NCBI GenBank assembly: GCA_019828565.1
Contig: JAHDYR010000007.1
Location: 605,333-669,332, forward strand
DNA length: 64,000 nucleotides
Direction of reading: 5' to 3'
DNA from: Carpediemonas membranifera BICM
Lineage: Eukaryota > Protista > Fornicata
Made by a program: the position numbers and the translations under genes
The notes under the pieces: model-generated
What the model saw: only the letters and a program-made list of their open reading frames with translations
Database searches by the model: none
Told to the model about the DNA's origin: nothing
Shown: one piece after another, positions 61,188 through 64,000 of the stretch
Layout of the letters: each line of letters opens with the position of its first letter
How positions within the stretch are numbered: the stretch's first letter is position 1

Positions 61188-62438
61188 TTACAGCCACTTG
61201 GAGATGGTGACGCACTTGTCGATGCCGTCCTCGAAGGAGGTAGCCTCGGTGTACTTCAGGCCGGACTCCTTGAGGATCTTGCGGGCCTCGACAGAGTCAG
61301 TGCCGTCGAGACGGATGACGAGGGGCACGTCGATCTTGACGACCTTCATGGCCTCGAGGAGGGCTCTGGCGACCATGGCAGTCGACACAATGCCGCCGAA
61401 GATGTTGATGAAGATCATCTTCGTCTGGGGGTTCTTGGAGACGAGAGCAAGGGCCTCCTGGGCAGTCTTCTGGTTCACACCGCCGCCGAGGTCAAGGAAG
61501 TTGGCAGGCTTCCCGCCAGCGAGCGTCATGTAGTCCAGCGTGGCCATGGCGAGGCCAGCACCGTTGACGACACAGCCGACGTTGCCGTCAAGGGTGACCC
61601 AGTTGAGGTCGTGCTTCATGGCCTCGAGCTCGAAGGGGTCTTCCTCAAGGGGGTCGCGCATCTCGAAAATATCGGCGTGGCGGTACTCAGCGTTGTCATC
61701 GAAGTTGAACTTGGCGTCAAGGCAGATAGCCTTACCCTCGGTGGTCTCGGCGAAGGGGTTGATCTCGACCTGGGTGGCGTCGGTCTCGATGAAGACGTTG
61801 TAGAGCTTCTGGATCTGGTCAGCAGCCTGGGGAACGCTCTTCTCCTCGAACTTGAGGCCACGGGCGATGTCCATTGCCTGCTCGGTGCTCATGCCGGCGT
61901 TGATGTCGACGGGGAACTTGAGGATTGCGTTGGGGTTTGTGTGGGCGACAGTCTCAATGTCGACACCACCCTCGGTGGAGGCAATGACGACGGGGCCTCC
62001 ATAGGCGCGGTCCATAAGGATGGCGAGGTACATCTCGCGCTTGACGGGGGCAGCGTCCTCAAGGTAGACGGTGCGGACGAGACGGCCGTCGGGGCCAGTC
62101 TGCTTGGTAACGAGAACCTCGTTGAGCATCTTGGAGGCGAGCTCGCCAGCCTCCTTAGCAGACTCAGCAAGCTTCACACCGCCCTTGTAGCCTGACTTGA
62201 AGACGCCAACACCACGGCCACCAGCGTGGATCTGCGACTTGACAACAAGCTTCCCGGAGCCATTGGCAAGGACCTCCTTGGCCTTGCGCTCGGCCTCAGC
62301 GGGCGTAGCGGCGGGCTCACCAATCATGGTATCAACACCAAAGGACTTGAGGAGGCCCTTGGACTGATACTCGTGAATAGACAGATTTCTAGCAAATTGG
62401 GTAATCAGAGAGCCCTTCGCGGTGAAGTTTGAGAGCAT
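61188..62438 (-). CDS. sucC: Succinyl-CoA synthetase beta subunit with mitochondrial/hydrogenosomal presequence
   Basis: LSIHEYQSK, KSQIHAGGRG, EINPF, NGAGLAMAT, ANFLDLGGG, NIFGGI; leader MLSNFTAKGSLITQFARN. Confidence 0.96.
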   Translation of the reverse strand: MLSNFTAKGSLITQFARNLSIHEYQSKGLLKSFGVDTMIGEPAATPAEAERKAKEVLANGSGKLVVKSQIHAGGRGVGVFKSGYKGGVKLAESAKEAGELASKMLNEVLVTKQTGPDGRLVRTVYLEDAAPVKREMYLAILMDRAYGGPVVIASTEGGVDIETVAHTNPNAILKFPVDINAGMSTEQAMDIARGLKFEEKSVPQAADQIQKLYNVFIETDATQVEINPFAETTEGKAICLDAKFNFDDNAEYRHADIFEMRDPLEEDPFELEAMKHDLNWVTLDGNVGCVVNGAGLAMATLDYMTLAGGKPANFLDLGGGVNQKTAQEALALVSKNPQTKMIFINIFGGIVSTAMVARALLEAMKVVKIDVPLVIRLDGTDSVEARKILKESGLKYTEATSFEDGIDKCVTISKWL

Positions 62439-62836
62439 TTCTCCAGATGTGGCATAAAGTGCACGACAAAATTTCTAGGCGATCGCAGTGGCTACGGACG
62501 AGTCGGGCTCTTTGTTCGTTCTATCGCTGGTTAATGCGGCAGGCATCACTTTTTTGAGCATCAGAGGGCAAGGTCAATCATGGTCAACGTTGAACGTTGA
62601 CCGCGGCCGACTTCTCCCATTGGGAATTAGAGAGACTGCCGAAGGGGTCGTGCTATGCTACTACTCACGGGATCTCGCCTGAATTGGCCAATCGTGCATG
62701 TATCTGGCAAATTCAGTCGAGTCCGCGACGGATGAACTCAGCGCAGTGACATGATGGCAGTAGTTTTTAATCTGACCACTCTGTCGATCATACCATTCAA
62801 GGGCAGATCCATCTATCAATACATATCGCGTTACAG

Positions 62837-64000
62837 TCAGACCTCGGTCACCTCGCTGAAATCATCGAAGTCCTCGAAGTCGCTCTCAAACGTCAGAGAG
62901 CGCACAGAGGTAGGGACAATAGACACGGGCGTATCAGGCACCACAGACCGCCCAGACCGTCCCGAGGTGGCTGGACTGGCCGACCTGAGTCCCGACGACG
63001 GCGTCGCAGTCTTTCCCGTACTCGCGCTCGGCGTGGCGGCCGATGATGATCTCAAGGCCGGCGAGGCGTCGGGTTTCTTGGCAGACTCAGCCAGGGTCGG
63101 GGTGAGCGGGATGGAGGCCTCCCTGTCCTCTGATCTGGCACTACTGCCTGACTTGCTGGGCGATCTGGGTGGTTTTGACGGGGACAGGCTCGGTGAGTTT
63201 GACGTGTTCTCCGGCTTGAACGCGACTAGATCAAGTAGCTCCATAAACTTCCGCCCGAGATCATCATACTGCGTCTGGCCCTTGACCCTCGCCCGCCGCC
63301 TGGCGTTCAACGCTGCAGAGACCGCCGACAACGGGGAGGCTGCGGCCTTGACCGGGACCTGCGGTGTGGCCTTGGGGCCCTCCGGCACCCTGCTCGCGTC
63401 CGCCCTGGTCACGGGGGTGGGGGAGATGTCCCGGGCCGGCCTGGGCTGCGGCGTCTGCCCGAGCAGCTCGTGGGCCACGCCTGCCGGGGTGGGCGGGTGC
63501 GCGAATGCCCGCTGGTCCTGCCCGCCCGCAGCCTCGGCCCTACTGACGACCCCGCCCTTTGGCCTGGGCTTGAGCGGCGTGTCGGTGTTCACCAGCACGA
63601 TCGGCTTGGGTCCGTTCGGATCCTGCGGCTCGACCACAGGGCACTCCTGTGGCTCTGTGAACTCGTCGCCGTATGAGATCAGGACGGGGTGGCGTGGCCT
63701 TGGGATGGCCGACTGCACCCGGCGGACCGGGGCCTGGGTCGAGGGCGTCGGGGTCTCGAGCATGGCCGGCTGGGGAGAGGGCTTGAACACCGAGGTCTGG
63801 ACCGCCTCGTTCAGCGCGTCCCTGGCGTGCGCCATCTTCTCCCGGCGGGACTTGACCCGCGCCCTGACCGAGCCGGTGGCAGGGGAGGATTGGGGTCGGG
63901 GCCGGTGGGCCTGGGCGGGCGGGTGCCTGGCTGTCTTGGTGGGTCGGGGCTTTGTCATGGCCGGGGCGACCTTCTTCGCCCTCACCATGGGCTCCGGACC
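62837..64000 (-). CDS. Pro/Ser-rich low-complexity protein, probably 5'-partial
   Basis: 383-aa ORF; the frame stays open from 63988 to the window end. Confidence 0.6.
   Translation of the reverse strand, partial: GPEPMVRAKKVAPAMTKPRPTKTARHPPAQAHRPRPQSSPATGSVRARVKSRREKMAHARDALNEAVQTSVFKPSPQPAMLETPTPSTQAPVRRVQSAIPRPRHPVLISYGDEFTEPQECPVVEPQDPNGPKPIVLVNTDTPLKPRPKGGVVSRAEAAGGQDQRAFAHPPTPAGVAHELLGQTPQPRPARDISPTPVTRADASRVPEGPKATPQVPVKAAASPLSAVSAALNARRRARVKGQTQYDDLGRKFMELLDLVAFKPENTSNSPSLSPSKPPRSPSKSGSSARSEDREASIPLTPTLAESAKKPDASPALRSSSAATPSASTGKTATPSSGLRSASPATSGRSGRSVVPDTPVSIVPTSVRSLTFESDFEDFDDFSEVTEV

Noticed and set aside
13526-62432. Numerous long antisense and alternate-frame ORFs (e.g. 16984..17862, 33164..33790, 35679..36617, 38024..38998, 41495..42274)
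   Set aside because: Shadow ORFs expected from high GC3 codon bias opposite well-supported genes.

Overview
Gene-dense, GC-rich genomic DNA from a flagellated, probably anaerobic eukaryote. A free-living metamonad such as Carpediemonas is my best guess, inferred from gene content: SF-assemblin, DNAAF3, organelle-targeted succinyl-CoA synthetase beta, and rare 34-51 nt introns. The window has two parts. (1) 1-~13,300 is an accessory/mobile block. It holds a chromodomain-bearing Ty3/Gypsy retrotransposon whose upstream end is a 266-bp cassette with perfect 94-bp inverted repeats, an OTU-protease-like ORF cut off by that cassette, and a divergently oriented, apparently catalytically dead tyrosine-recombinase-like ORF preceded by four copies of a 20-22-bp motif. 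It also holds a symmetric cassette of two ~550-600-bp strand-biased tandem arrays around a triple-hairpin core, and an ATGA-overlapped ORF pair. (2) ~13,400-64,000 is a compact housekeeping region: PocR-domain/TmcB-like giant membrane protein, DNAAF3, PZP protein, bacterial-type GalE, FKBP-TPR, MCTS1, LisH-RasGEF, RCC1, Ras/Rap, M28 peptidase, methyltransferase, CLEC16A, CCDC28, NOL10, XRN2, DRG2, UPRT, bacterial-type ABC-F, PCNA lacking K164, MTR4, SEC13, SF-assemblin, cofilin, PEX19 and SCS-beta. It includes a ~25-kb run of co-oriented genes and an orphan Hsp70 C-terminal tail. All family calls come from motifs recognised by eye; no searches were run.
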